From NCBI GenBank assembly GCA_038087875.1, contig CM075998.1, positions 2,294,001 through 2,358,000 of the forward strand: 64,000 nt of DNA, given 5' to 3'. Below the pieces are notes generated by a model, which saw only the letters and a list, made by a program, of their open reading frames with translations, had not been told where the DNA came from and did no database searches. Both the position numbers and the translations under genes were made by a program. This DNA comes from Malacoraja senta (Eukaryota). Below, piece by piece: positions 23,801-38,800 of this stretch. Positions within the stretch are counted from its first letter, which is position 1. Each line of letters opens with the position of its first letter.

Positions 23801-26800
23801 GTTAATATGATTTGCCAGCCTGGTAATGGGGTACATGATAAGGGATGTTAATTCATTGCTTCACCAAAGATCTGACTGAATAAATGGATTGTTGTAAAAG
23901 TGAGGCTTGACGGGAAGTTGATAGGCCGTTCTTCGGGATGGAGAGTTTTAAGTTTGAGGATGGGGGACTGCCCATTTAGGATGTAAATGAGGATAATTTT
24001 CTTCAGCCTTCACCTTCTCTGCACCAGAGGATTTGGTTGTTTAGAATATTCATGCTATTGGTATATTTTTGGTTATGCAAATTAACAAGGAAGGTAGATA
24101 GATCAGCCGTGATTGTATTAACTGATAGAGCAGGCTTGAGAAGCTCAATAGCCTTCTCCTGCTATTGCTTTTGAGAGATGTTTTCTTATGTGCACTACTA
24201 AAGTACATCTGTGTCCTGGGGAAACCCAGCAGGAATCACTGCCTTCAGGCAAAGGGTGATGGAACACAAAAGCTGCAATCATTTTGACTTTGCTCTCCTT
24301 ATCTTCCCAACAGTGACTAAATCAGTGTGTGCTCCTCAGTGTAATGGCCGATGCTTTGGACAACACAACCCCAGCAAGTGTTGCCACGGCGAGTGTGCTG
24401 GTGGGTGCTCTGGCCCCAAAGATACCAACTGCTTTGTAAGTCCTTGGCAGGTTTTATTTTAGCTTTATAACAACGACTACAATTTCAGAGCACAAAGACA
24501 GTTGTGAAGCACCAAGCTCAATATTAAAAAAGAATATATTTGTTGCAGAAATAGGTCAACTGTGTGTGTGGCGGGAGAAACTAAGTTAACGTTTCAGATC
24601 AATTTGAAACATGAACCTTGTTTTACTCTTCCTGTCTCTCTGAGATGTTTCTGCATGATCAATCCTGATGCTCACAGTCAATAGAAAATCTTTCTGAAGC
24701 AGGGAATGAAATTGTGAATCCCAAAGAATTAAATAAGCACCAAGAGACGGTGTGACAGGGAGCAAATGCCTGATGAAGACTGAAGGAATGGAAGCACTGG
24801 GTGGGATCAGCATGATAATGAGCAACTGAGTGGAAAGATGTGGAGGCTTTGGAGAAAGTGCAGAAGAGATTTACTGGGATCGTTCTGGAGATGAGGGATT
24901 TTGGTTATCTGGCTATACTGGAGAAACTAGGGTTGCTCTCCTTGGAAGAGGCGAGGATGTGAGGATCTGAATGAGGTAGATTCACAAAAGATATACTCAG
25001 GGTGGACAGGGAGAAACAGTTCCCATAGGCAGAGAGGTCAAGAACTAGAGAACATAGAATGTAGGTGATTAGCAAAAGAACCAAAAGTGATACAACAAAG
25101 AACTTCTTCATGCGTTGAGTGGTTAGGGCATGGAATGCACTGCTGGGGTGGTATTGGAGGCAGGTTCAATTGTAGCAAGCCGAAGTAAGCTGGATATGTA
25201 TCTGAAAGGAAAGCCGAGGTGGAGAGGGCAAGGTAGTGGGATGAACCTGATTGCATGAGTTTGATATGGTCCCAATAGATCAAATGGCCCTCTCCTGTGC
25301 TGAAACCGTTCTGTGATTTTGTGACTGATGTACAGAGCGAACAGAACCAAAATGTGATGATGACTGAAGCAGAGAAAAGATAATGGAGCTTCACACAGCG
25401 AGTGGGGCTCACTGATAGTGAAGAACCATTGCAGGAGGCAACAGACTGCATCAGTGAGTCAGAGCGGTGAGGGCCAGCTGTGTGCCCAAGCGTCAGAGTA
25501 TAAAATGACATTTCCTGAGCTGTCCTAATTTCTCCCATTGACGGTTTTGTTCCCACAGGCATGTAAATGGTTCAATGACAGCAACGCATGTGTTCCAGTC
25601 TGTCCAAAAGCGTTAATTTATAACAAGCAGTCCTATCAGCTTGAGCGCAACCCAGACACCAAGTACATGTATGGAGCTTTCTGCGTGAAGAGCTGCCCTG
25701 GTGAGTACATTTAATTTGCCATGAATTCTACGCTTTACATTCTCTGGGAACTACATCGTCAGCAGCAGAACGCTCACACTACAATCTGTGGTGTGTAACC
25801 AACCATTGGACAACATATGCTAATGTTGGCTTCCTTATAGAGATAAAATTGTGTCCCTCACTTTGCTCTTACTCCTGGCGTAAGCCAGGTTTACAGCCGC
25901 CCCTCTCTCTGCCACCCCAAGTGGCGTACAAGCTATTGGCTAACTCATCAGATGACTATGGAAGCTGCAATCTTTCTCATCTGTATATTAATACGTCCCC
26001 CCTACAATTAGAGGTTTTGTTCTTATTATTGCTCACACATCATTCAGAGTGCCACAGGGAGGTTTCATAGAATCCACAGCATAGGAGGAGCCATTCATTC
26101 CATCGAGCCAGGCTCTTTACAGGAGGTTCTGCTCCCCTGCTGACTGACGACTTGACTGACTTCTCTTTTCCTGTATAACTGTTAATATTTGAGTATTTAT
26201 CTAATTCCCCTTCTGAGAGCTATTGAATATGCTTCCACTATTCTTTCAGGAAGGGCGTTATGGATCACTAACTAACTAGGTTAAAATAATTCCCCTCGTC
26301 TCTACAGGTTGCACGAGCGATTCTCTAAACCTGTGAAAACACCCTTTTGCCAGTGGAAACTCGTATTCCATGAAATCCGGCGATCATTTTTTAACGTGGC
26401 CATCCTTGAGCTAACTGCTTGTTTTATACATGAACAGCTTTTGGTTTCAGTTGCAGAGAGTTGTGGTACCATGTTTATCAGGCAGCCAATTCAATGTTAC
26501 CCAGTGTATGTGCCAACTCCTGGGAATGGCTGTGAGGCATGAGCTCAAAGGAGCAGAGCATGAAGAACATAAACATTTGGAGCAGGACTGGCTGTTTGGC
26601 CCCTCAAACGATTCCACTGTTCATCAAAATCAGGATTGATCTTCGCCCATTTTCCTGCACTCTCCCAATGTTCCCCGATTTCTTAAATATCCAGAAACTT
26701 AACGATCTCTGTATTGAATGAACTCAATAACTGATCCTCCACACTCTGAGCCAGAACTTCCAAAAATTCACCACACTCTGGGTGAAGAAACTTCTCCTCA

Positions 26801-29800
26801 ACTGCCCTGAATGACCAACTTCTTAGCTTTGATTCAAAAAGTCACCTTCTGTTTCTGTTTTGTCCTGCAGCGAACTTCATTGTGGACCAGAGCTCATGTG
26901 TCCGTGCCTGCCCCAGTGACAAAATGGAAGTTGAGAAAAATGGAGTCAAGATGTGTGAACCATGTGATGGCCTGTGCCCAAAAGGTGAGAGTGCAAGAGA
27001 CTCAAACTTCTCCCTTCCACCGTAGCAGGTTGCCTGGGCAACAGATACAATTTTATGCTTTCAAAGTTGACTTTGAATTTGCAGGAACTTTCACTTCCTA
27101 GTGTTTTCCAGTTGTCAAGTCATGGCCAGCCCCTGTTTCTGGTTCTTTAGAGTACAGTGGTAGTAATCATTAAATTGCTCAGAGCAATGCAGAGACGTGC
27201 CTCAATGACTATCGACCAGTGGCTCTAACGTCTGTGGTGATGAAGTGCTTTGAGAGGCTGATCATGGCGCAAATCATCTCCTACCTCGACAATAACATGG
27301 ACCCACTGCAGTTCGCTTACCGCCACAACAGATCAATGGTGGATGTGATCTCACTGGCTCTCCACTCCGCTCTGGACCACTTGGACAACAAAAACTCATA
27401 TATTCATTGACTACAGCTCGGCATTTAATACCATCATCCCCTCCAAGCTGGTTACCAAGCTCTCAGATCTCGGTCTTTGCGCATCCCTCTGCAATTGGAT
27501 CCTCGACTTCCTCATTCACAGCCACAGTCTGTCCGTATTAGTGTAAATGTGTCATCCTTGATAACAATCAGCACGGGAGCACCACAATGCTGCGTGCTCA
27601 GCCCCCTGCTGTACTCACTCTATACTCATGACTGCATAGCCAGACATAGTGCGAAATGCATCATCAAATTCGCAGACGACACCACTGTTGTGGGACGTAT
27701 CACTGATGGGGACGAGTCAGAGTATAGAAGTGAGATCGACCGATTGACCAAATGGTGCCAGCACAATAACCTGGCCCTCAACACCAACAAAACCAAGGAA
27801 CTGATTGTGGACTTCGGAAGGGGTAGCATGGGGACCCACAGTCCCGTTTATATCAACGGGTCAAAGGTGGAAAGGGTCAAGAACCTCAAATTCCTGGGCG
27901 TATATAGTTCCGAAGATCTCTCCCGGTCCCAGAACATTGATGCAATCATAAAGAAAGCACATCAGCGCCTCTACTTCCTGAGAAGATTACGGAGAGTTGG
28001 TATGTCAAGGAGGACTCTCGAACTTCTACAGGTGCACAGTAGAGAGCATGCTGACCGGTTGCATCGTGGCTTGGTACGGCAACCTGAGCGTCCAGGAGCG
28101 GAAAAGGCTGCAAAAAGTTGTAAACACTGGCCAGTCCACCATCGGCTCTGACCTCCCTACCATCGAGGGGATCTATCGCAGTCGCTGCCTCAAAAAGGCT
28201 GGCAGCATCATCAAGGACCCAGACCATCCTGGCCACACACTCATCTCCCCGCTTCCTTCAGGTAGGTACAGGAGCCTGAAATCTGCAACATCCAGGTTCA
28301 GGAACAGCCTCTTCCCCACAGCCATCAGGCTATTAAACACAACTTCAAACAAACTCTGAATAATAACAGCCTATTGCACTTTATCTGTTTATTTATGTGT
28401 GCATATATATATATATATTCTATGGTATATGGACACACTGATCTGTTCTGTATTTATGCCTACAATATTCTGTTGTGCTGCAGCAAGCAAGAATTTCATT
28501 GTCATATCTGGGACACATGACAATGACAATAAACTCTCTAGAAAACGCTCTTGAGACCAACAATCCAGTCACCCGCGTTCAAATCCTACTTCGGCTAGTG
28601 TGGAATTTAAATTTCATTTATAATCCAGAATTATTTGATACTGACCACAAAATTACCAGATTGATGTAAATTTTGTGAGAAAATTTGCCATCCTTGTACA
28701 GACTGGCTTATACTGTATGTGACTTCAGACCCATCAAATCTTGTTGACTGAAATGGCATAGTAAGCCATTCCATTAAAGGGCAATAAATACCCAGATTCC
28801 AAAGGAAAAAAAGCAGAGTCATCAGCCTGCTACTCCTTAACTACATTGGCGGGGTGCAGCTTTCAAATGTGGGCCAACTAAGCCGTTTCTTTTTTCTGAC
28901 AAATTTGTGGGTTTTGAGAGAGACCATGTTATTTTGTAAGAAAAATATCACTACACTGGAAAAGAGTTGTGGTTTTCTCAAAATAGAAAATAGCTAAGAA
29001 TGAGCAGATTGTCTTCTGAGGAAAGGTTGGAAAGGCTAGGTTTGTACCACTGAAATGTAGAAGCCTGAGAGGGAACTTGATTGAAATATAAGAGATCATG
29101 GTAGGTCATGACGGGTGGATGTGGAGAGAACATTTCCTCTTATGGGAGAATATGGAACCAAAGGTCACTGTTCAAAAATAAGGGGTCGCCCATTTCAGAC
29201 AGAGGCGAGGTGCAATGTTTTCTCATAGAATTGTGGTTTTTGGAAGTTATTTCCTCAAAGGGTGTTGGAAGCAGTCTTTGAATATTTTGGACACAGAAGT
29301 CAATAGATTCTTGACAAGAAAAGTGAGGTGAAAGGTTACTGGGAGGAAGGGGGAATGCAAAGTTGAGGTTACAATCAGATCAAATATGCTCCTATTATCT
29401 GCCTGCACCTAATCCATATCCTTCCATCCCGTGCCTTTCCAAAGGTCTCTTAAATGCTACTATCGTATCTTCCTCCACCACCACCACCCCGTGAAAAATC
29501 ATTGTTTTCAACCATTATTACATATGGGAACTTTGCAGAGAGGTTATATTGAATTAATGATAAGATTACATAGTCAAATAAGTTACCAAAAATGACCAAA
29601 TCAATCCCCAAACTACTGACTTGCTCTGCCATGAACAAAATATTTAATTGTTATATTCTTCAGTTTTCTAACTAGCATGTTTGTTAATTTGTACACCTAT
29701 TTATCAACTTAGGTCAATCCTGTTACTGTTTGTGGTATTCTGACTCTGACACCATTGGGCTGCAACATGCCTCTTCACTTTGCATTCGTGTAAGAATTGA

Positions 29801-32800
29801 TTGGATGCTATGATGCTGTAGATTCTCTCTGGCATAATAATCAGAATAGACTTGCAAGCCTGTACCCACTCTATGCCATTGGCAATGTTCAGGACTCAGT
29901 TCTTTAAGGATACCCTAACTTGTGTGGATGGCACACTCTGACAGAAGAGTCCCACGTCTAATTAACACTAAAAGCTGAAGATGGGCAAAGCGATAGGGCC
30001 CCCTTGAACACTTCTTCTCAAACTGCATGGGCATTGTAGTATTTAGTGACGTGGAACTTACAGAAATTATTACTCCATTAGCACCACCCTCAGGCTCTTT
30101 GATGCTCTGCAGGATGCACTGTCCAGCATTCATTTTCTACACACAGGCAAACAGCAGAATCTGCAGGATCAGTACTACTTTAATTGTGGGCAGACTAAAT
30201 TGCCTTTGTTTTTTTCTATTTTGGCATTTTCCCTTTTCCTGCTTCTTTCTCTGATGCAGTTTTACAAGTGCGTACAAGATCCCTGACCGTTACAATTTTA
30301 CAAGATCCGTGACCTGACTTTGTGGATCTTTTTAACAAGTGATTACTGCTTTGGTTGGGACTAGTTAACTTGGCAAATAATTATTTAAAGGGAAAGAGAA
30401 TTTGCATTTGATAGCACCTTTCATGCCCTTGAGATAGTCCAGATGCTTTAAACCCAACTAAATGCTTTCTGAGTGTGGTTATTATTGCAGGGCACCTGTT
30501 CTGTGCAGAGCAAACTTCCAGATCCAGTGTGATCGTTAATCAGATAATAATCTGTTTCAGCGATGCTGATTGAGGATTAAACATTGGCCCTAGGACAATG
30601 GAGAAAGCTCCCTGCTCATCCTCAAAACAGAACTTTGGAGAAGACACAGGGTTTCAGTTTAATGTCAGAACATTGCACCTGTTCAGGAGAGTGATACCTC
30701 TAATAGAGCAGCACTCCCTCAGCGCTGCAGGAGTGTCAGCCTGGTAATGTGCTCGTCTCTGGAATAAAACAGCCCTTCAGGGAATTTGGGGAATGCTGAT
30801 GTGGAAAGTTTACTGGTAAGCAGCAGCACCACCTTTTGTGCTTCTGCCTGTAAACTTGCTCTGAAATATTGCCCGTTAGTGTGCTAACTGCAGATTCCAG
30901 AGGGCTTTAGCTCTGAACTCGAGTTCTGGGAAAACCACTATCCAGTGCATTTCCTCAAATGTCCCCTTTCTTTGTCTGCACAGCATGCGAAGGGACTGGG
31001 ACTGGAGCTGGCAATCGATACCAGACTGTGGATTCAAACAATATTGACCAGTTCATTAACTGCACCAAGATCACCGGCAACCTTGACTTTCTCATCACTG
31101 GTCTCGAAGGGTAAGAAAGCACTGTCAATTCCTTTGGATGGGAATGCCAGGCAGTGCAATACTGGGAACATTGTGGAACCCCAGTGGCTGTAGAGGGAAT
31201 GGAGGATGTTTGGTTGTATGCATCATCCATCTCAGCAATGTAGCAAACTATAGGTGGTGGCATAGGGGATGCACAGAAAAAGGGGTGAAGAAAAGATTGT
31301 CAGTAAAGCTAGAACCACTCCCAGGAGGACACAAAGTGCTGGAGTAACTCAGTGGGTTAAGCAACATCTCTGAAGAATATGGATAGGTGACATTTTGGGT
31401 CAGGACCCTTTAGACTGATTGGACCACTCCCATCCTGTGCAAATCTTGGTTTATGTTTTTCACCTTCAAGGACTTGGGAACATGGTAGCTTTTTCAGGTT
31501 GATTGGTGGATATTATGGAGGAGAGCTGAATGGTACGGATGAGTGTTTCTCTCACCAAATTGCATCGTCCAGCAGCAGTACCCTCCCAGTTGTCTTTGGT
31601 TGCAAACTCAGAATTATCCCAACACAGAAGGTAGTTATTTGGCTTATTTGGTCTACATCAGTTCCTTGTAAACTATTACAATCAGTCCAATACCCCCACT
31701 CTTTCCCAGTAGCCTTACGAATCACTTTAATTCCCTTTTTGAATGCTGTGATTGGCTCTGTTTCCACCACTCCTACAGGCAGTGTGTTCCAGATCATAGC
31801 CACACTGCATAAAGAAAAATATTTTCCTTATGTCCTCATTTCACTTTGATTCTGTGGCCCTGGAACCATTGCAGTAAATCTTTTCTGCATCCTTTCTGGG
31901 AACTTCCCACCCGTCCTAAAATATATGACCAGAATTGGCAGTAATACTCTGGTTGTGCCCTAATCAGCCAGTTAACCAGCCAGTTAAATAACCAGGTCAG
32001 TTGTGACCAACCACTAAGCTGGCTGTAGTCAAACCCGAGGTCTTTGGTTTGTCTCTTACCAACCAAGTAATTCAGTTAGCCCTGTCTTCTTTCTGAGTCA
32101 TGCTTCATGTTGAGGAACCATTTCCAACATCTCTCGTGAAAAAGGCTGCACTTCTGAGTTTTGATATTGTTCATGCACAATGTGGAATTAGCTCAATTGA
32201 ATGCTGCCCTCTTTCTACAAGCTTTTAGCTTGTCTGAATACAAAAGTCTTGTTATATTTGAGATTTGACAGCAGGGAGTTACTTCAATATGTAATTATCC
32301 CAGAGTGGTTTAAGATTTATTTTTTTTCCAAGTGCTTTTGCTGTTTAATTACTTGGCTTCAAAGGCTTGGATGAGATTTTTAGATTTTCCAATTCAATTT
32401 TTTCCTTTCCTTTCTATTTGGTTTTAGGGACCCGTACCACAAAATTGCACGTCTAGATCCAGAAAGGCTGAAGATATTTCAAACAGTCCAGGAGATAACA
32501 GGTATGCACCTTATGATTAAAGTTCTGATATGTGACCTGGTAGATTAATCCAAAAATAAGGGGTCTCTAAAGTTCAAAACCATTCTAGATTATTTTGTTT
32601 TGGGGATCTGCCTAAGTGCTATTAGATTGATACCAATATTTGGTGTATCTCCACCCCCAGCCTATTCAGGTACTGGCCGAAAGGATGTGGAGAATGTGAT
32701 AGAAGTGCTGCTTTGCCTTAGATTAATCCAGATCCTGCAGAGTTTAAGTGCTGCCCATGTCGCCTGTTCCAGATGCATTGCCCCGATAGTGTACAACTGA

Positions 32801-35800
32801 TGCTAGGCGCAGGCCTATGAATGGAGATTACTGGGAATTGAATACCCAATTAATACAGTGAGGCTTAAAGGGTCTAGGCTCAAAGTATTGCTGAGTGCCT
32901 TCAGACATCCGAAGTGGAGGAAAATGTGGTAATAGTGGAGGTAATGTTTACCCACAGGTCTTTCTTGTACATGTCTCTGCTCTGTTCAAGGAGAATACTG
33001 ACAGAGATGCAACTTCCCTGAATTCTCAACAGCAAGAGAGGGTTGAAAGAAAAAGTCTTGCATTCTCCACCATTTGGAATAATCCCAGGCAAAAAGAAAG
33101 TCAAATCACCTGTACAGGTGCTGCAACAATGTGGAGTGTTTGAGAGTGTGGCCTGTTCGCCGTTGTTTCGAATCACATGTGCGTTCTTTCCATTTCCAGG
33201 TTACTTGAATATTCAGTCCTGGCCAGAAAGCCTGAAGAATTTAAGTGTCTTTTCCAATCTGACTACTATTGGAGGAAGGACGCTCTACATGTAAGCACTC
33301 TAAAATGAAAGGCTAGTTAACCTGTGCTTGAGAAGTGGAGGGCTGTGGCGGGTAGCTTCCGCCACCTGGTTGTTGAGGGTGCATGTCAGTCATGAATCCT
33401 GTGGCTCCGACTGGAAGCAGGTCGTCATTTGTGGCTATCAGGTTAGGACCAAATGGGCTCTGTTCATGTGTCCTTTCTCCACTTCCCCTCACACAGTCCA
33501 CCCTGCATCCCCCACCTCGCCACCAGTCACTAAAGTCCGGCTTGGGTGAAACACTGATTTATATGGATCGTAGTTTTGCTCTAAGCCGTAGGAGAGGTGG
33601 GAGTGGGGTGACAGGGCAGAGAAACGGTAGTGTGCGGCAAACCGCCAATGCGTCAGAGCACAGGAACGTGGCTTTGAGATTGGAATCTCCTCCACAGCCA
33701 GATCCTGGTTAGCGCTGCTTTGTGTGAGTAGCGTGGGAAGGAATGCGCAAAGTCGAATGGGGACCCACTGGAACTGAGCCTAAGTACCATGACTTCTCAC
33801 TCTGCCCCTTTGTGTGTCTCTATGTAGCCGTGGCCTGTCTCTGATGATCATGAAGCTTCCGCACGTGACATCTCTTGGATTTCAATCACTGATGGAAATC
33901 GGCGCTGGGAGGGTGTATGTGGCCTTCAATAAGCAGCTCTGCTACTACAACACCCTGAACTGGACTGTGCTGTACCGCCAGAAGACTCCCGCCCCTCCTC
34001 CCATCATCAAAGAAAACAAGCAAGGGAGACTGTGCAGTGAGTGAGCTTGGATAACGGGTATGGAAGTGGGATGTGGGTAAAGGAAGACAATGGTGGTGGG
34101 GGGGAACGGGGTTGGGGATGCGTTCTCTCTCTAGCACGACAACAACAACTTGCATTTATCTAGCACCTTTAATGTGATAACGTGTCACAGGAGCGATAAT
34201 CAGACATACCTGGATACCCTGCCACGTATTGTGTCCAGGCCATTCAAAATACGGTCAAAAGGATAAACTTTACAGAGAGACAGAAAGGAGAATTCCAGCC
34301 TTGGGGCCTTCATGATTGTCAGGACAGCCGCCATTGTTTGGGTAGCAGAGGACAGGAATTGAGCAGAGTAACAATGAGATGTACTGCAACATGGTTTCCA
34401 TCACTGGATTTAAGGGCAACTGGTGAGGACATTGCAGATATTTTAGTCATGACTTTACAAAGTTTACTTTGTTTGGGAACTGTTCCCTTTAGATCGAAAA
34501 ATTGTAAGTGTCATTCTGCTATTCGGGAAAAGTGAGTGTCGGAAACCAGGGAATTAAGGGCCAGTTAACCTAACAGCTCTTGGGACATTCTGAGCATCTA
34601 CAAGAAAGAGAGTGACAGAACTACTTGAAATTTTTCATTTGATCAAAGAGAGCAAGTATCGACTTATAAAGCATTGATCAACTACCAAATCTGAAATGAA
34701 TTTTGTGTGGGGGTTACTAAGGCAGAAGGGGATGTCACTTTATGTGGACTTCCAAAAGCCATTTGATAAGATTCTTTATAAGAAACTAAAAGTTGAAGCT
34801 CGTGGAATAGAATGGCCAATTATTGACGAGGCTGGAAAATTGCCTGAGGGGTAGGGATGAAAGGCAGGTACTCACATTGTTAGGATGTGACCAGTAATGG
34901 CCCAGATGGATCTGTCTGTTTACAGATGAGGCACAACTTGGATGCTGCAGCAGTTTCAGCAGGGAAGTGAATGAGGGAAGGAAATCTCCATCTGTTCAAT
35001 TGGTGGGGAAGTCCCTCTATCCTTACAGAAAGCACTGTTTAGTGCCACCTCCATCAACTGGTCTCCCTCCTGTCTTCATTGCTTATCCTGCAGTTGGCCT
35101 TTGGAGTTGCTGTGATTTTTCCAAATTCCACTGGGTAGACCCTCATTTTTCCCCTTGATCTTTTATTTGTCTCGTGGATGTTCTTGAGATTGGAAAACAA
35201 TAGTTGTGTCCATTGCTGAAGTTGCTTCACAGAGATGAACTAGGTTTAAATCTGCCGCATATTTGTACTGATTTTGTGTTTTCTTTCTCCTCCTCGTTCC
35301 TTCATTTTTCCACAGGGAACGAAAAGAAGGTGTGTGATCCCCTGTGTTCCCCTGATGGTTGCTGGGGACCAGGCCCCAGCCAGTGTTTGTCCTGTGCCTT
35401 CTATAGTCGTGGTGGAACCTGTGTGAAAAGCTGCCGATTCCAGGAAGGGTAAGGACTGTAACACTCACTGTATTATTGGTAATCACTTCCTGGAATACAT
35501 TGCTGTTACCCTTAATTCCTTGATCATTCCCCTTCACCTACCTGCGTGAATTGTGGGTTTTAACGCTATGCCTCATGCCATTAAGCATACCCACAGTGTA
35601 CTTGAAGATATGAGACCAATTTACCAATTTAGTAAGAGTTGGGAACATTTTATCTGAAAGGTGTGAGTTTGCTCATGAAAATCACAACAACATGCAGATG
35701 AAATGAAACGAGAAATGCAGGAAACACTCAGCGGGTCAGGCAGCATCTGTGGAAAGAGAAACAGAGTTATTGTTTTTGGTCGAAGATCCTTCATCGGAAC

Positions 35801-38800
35801 TTTCACCTGAAATTTGTCTCGTATGTCAGGAGCTTCTGGTCACTCTGCTCTCAGCTTGTGACCTGGCTCTGCCATTGCACGAACCTAACATGCAAAGCAT
35901 TTCATTTCAAATTTAATTTGAATCCTCCTCCACCGCTTCACATTCTCGGAATTATTTGTAAGTACAAGAGCTGTTGTAGTACAGGGAACTGTGGCGCCGT
36001 CTTACATACAGCAAGAATCCACAAACAGCAGTGAGCTGAAAGATAAGGTAATACACTGTTCTGTGGGAAGGATGAGGGATCCATCCTTCATGGATGCAGG
36101 ACACGAGGCCATTGAGCTTCAGATAGACTCAAAGGGATCTGAACGACTGGACAGGCCATGATCTCGTCTGAAAGACACCAGGGAGTGGCAACAATAAATA
36201 GCAGAGATATGTTTAAGGGAAAGCTGAACACATGAGGGAGGAAAGAATAGGAGATGGTGATAGAAGGGGAGTGGTGACGTCTGGTGGGAGGAGGCTGTTT
36301 TGGGACAGACATCCTACTGTAGTGCATGGCCTCTTTTTGGGCAGCAGATTCTTTGTGAAGGCAGACTTGTTTGAAGTCAGAAGGATACCCACCCCTCTTA
36401 TTCTGCCCCCCTGTCCTGGTCATCTATAATTCATCCTGTTTTGCAGTAGTTGGAGAGAGCTGTTGGCTAGGTTGGTCAAGGCAAGGACCCTCGGTTGTGC
36501 AAAGGAATTCATTGTTTCTGGGGCAATGGACCGGTTTCCAGCCCTGCTTTCACCCAGTATGATACTATGAACGTACATATGAATTCAGAGCAGGAGTCAG
36601 CCACTCAACCCCAAGAGCCTGCTCCACTATTCAATAAGGTCATGCATCATCTGAATAAGCTCAACACCGTGTTCCGGTCTACTACCCCTTTTCCCCTTTT
36701 ACTTATCAACAATATGTTCATGAATACTGCAGGCTGATATGAAGATCAAAGGTGACAATCCAGAATATAGCCTGCTGCAGGAAGAGTTGGGAGGTGTGCA
36801 GAATCAGCACGTACTCTTTTGTTCTCTTCACAGATCCCAGCGAGAGTATGCTGATGGCTCCACGTGCATGCTATGTCACCCAGAGTGCAGGAAGATCAAG
36901 GGAGGACCCACCTGCAATGGAACGGTAAGGGGAAAACATGAAGTGCAACTGACTAGAAATGTTTCAATCTTCTACTTTCAGTTGCTCCTTACACCTAGCC
37001 ATCTCTCTTTCCTCCTTTAAGATGTTCCTTAAAACTCATCTCTTTGATCAAGCTTTTGGTTATCTATGGAAACAGGAGTAGGCAATTTGGCCTCTTGTGC
37101 CTGCTCTCCCATTCAATAAGATTGTGGCTGATCAAAGACCTCAATGCTACATTCCTGCACAAAGCCAAAATCCCTTGATAATGGTCTTGTGAAGCCCCCG
37201 GGGTATTTTTTACCATGTTATAAAGAAAATGTAGAACTGCAAATTGTTGTCATCATTATTGGCCAAGAATAGTAATGATTGGCTTCCTCCAAGACCGTGG
37301 CCTTTATTCTTTTATTGCTACTTACCAGGTAGGACATTAATAATCAACACTTTACTGACAGTGTGGCTTCATTTTGGCACCCACCCAGAGTGACGACTGG
37401 GCGAGGGCAGGGATACTATTGTACCTATCAGCCTCTGGCACACTTCAATCAACAGCCATGACTGCTGTGAGCAGATGAACCACAAGGCTGCACCAAGTGC
37501 TTGATATTAAACAAGGAGAAAATGTCCCTGTTTTTCAATGTAATTACAAAAATAAATTGCTGTCTATTCTGCTACCTGAATTGAAAAGATTTGGAAGAAT
37601 AATAAATTAAATCAGGAAGTTGCAGTGAATGAATATGAAACCTTGATTGTAAATTGTAAGAGAAAGGGAGACTAAGGAAATGAAGGTTTTGCGTTATTTG
37701 GGGAAAATAAAGCACTGAGCCTTGATTGCAGAATAGTGGGGGTGGAGATAATTGTTGAACAAAATTGATGTTTTGCTTAATCCATCCTCGTCCGTTTCTC
37801 CATACTCTTAGGGACCTGCTCACTGCTTTCGATGTGCTCATTACAAAGATGGACCCAACTGTGTGCAGAAATGCCCGGAAGGAATCCAGGGAGAGTGGGG
37901 TCTCATCTTCAAATACCCAGACAAGAACAAAGAATGCAAGCCCTGCCATGAGAACTGCACACAGGGGTAGGTGCAAAGAACTCTAACCTTTGAAATGTGT
38001 CAAATATACCGATCGTTTTTCTTTCTTTGCACTTTTGCCTAGCAGTAGAGTGTGGCGTACTGGAAGGATTCGCAAGCTGATTAACAGTCTTCTGCGATGG
38101 TGTGCGTATTACTTTTGTATCATTGGACTCTTCAGATGAGAACAGTTTGGTTTTAGTTTAGAGATACAGCATGGAATCTGGTCCTTTGGCTTGCAGAGTC
38201 CACACTAGTTCTATGTTATCCCAGTTTCTCATCCATTCCCTACACACTTGGGGCAATTTACAGAGGGGGCCAATTAACCCACAAACCAGCACGTCATTGG
38301 GATGTGGGAGGAAACCGGAGCAGCCGGAGAAAACCCACACGGTCACAGGGAGAACGTGCAAGCTCCACACAAACAGCACCCGAGGTCGGGATGGAACCCA
38401 TATGTCTGGTGCTGTGAGGCAACGGCTCTTCCAGCTGCACCATTGTGCTGCCCAATAGAGGAAGGTTCTGTGGGGTGAGTAACAGTCTGACAGGTTGTAA
38501 TCCCATGGGTGTGAATGTTTTTTTAACCACTCAGTGTTGTGAAGCAGCGGTGTAGGGTGTTTATGGGGACAGTTTTTTCTGGACTCTCAACCCATACAAT
38601 GGGGTTAGAGGGGGGAGCGCAACCTCCTTGTTGAATAAGCTGACCCACCTCCTCCCATTCTCCACCTGAAGGTCAGAAATCGCTCAAGTCTAGTTATTAT
38701 ACAACGACCCCTGTTCGAAGTATCTACCTTGGACATTGAGTCAACTGAATCAGCTAACTCCATTGCCTCATGAAGCCAAAGAACTGGGCTGAACTCAAGT

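Noticed and set aside
25038-25562. 174-aa minus-strand ORF
   Set aside because: Antisense over a CR1 remnant and intron; no homology recognised
38380-38452. tRNA-like A/B boxes
   Set aside because: Head of a V-SINE, not a tRNA gene
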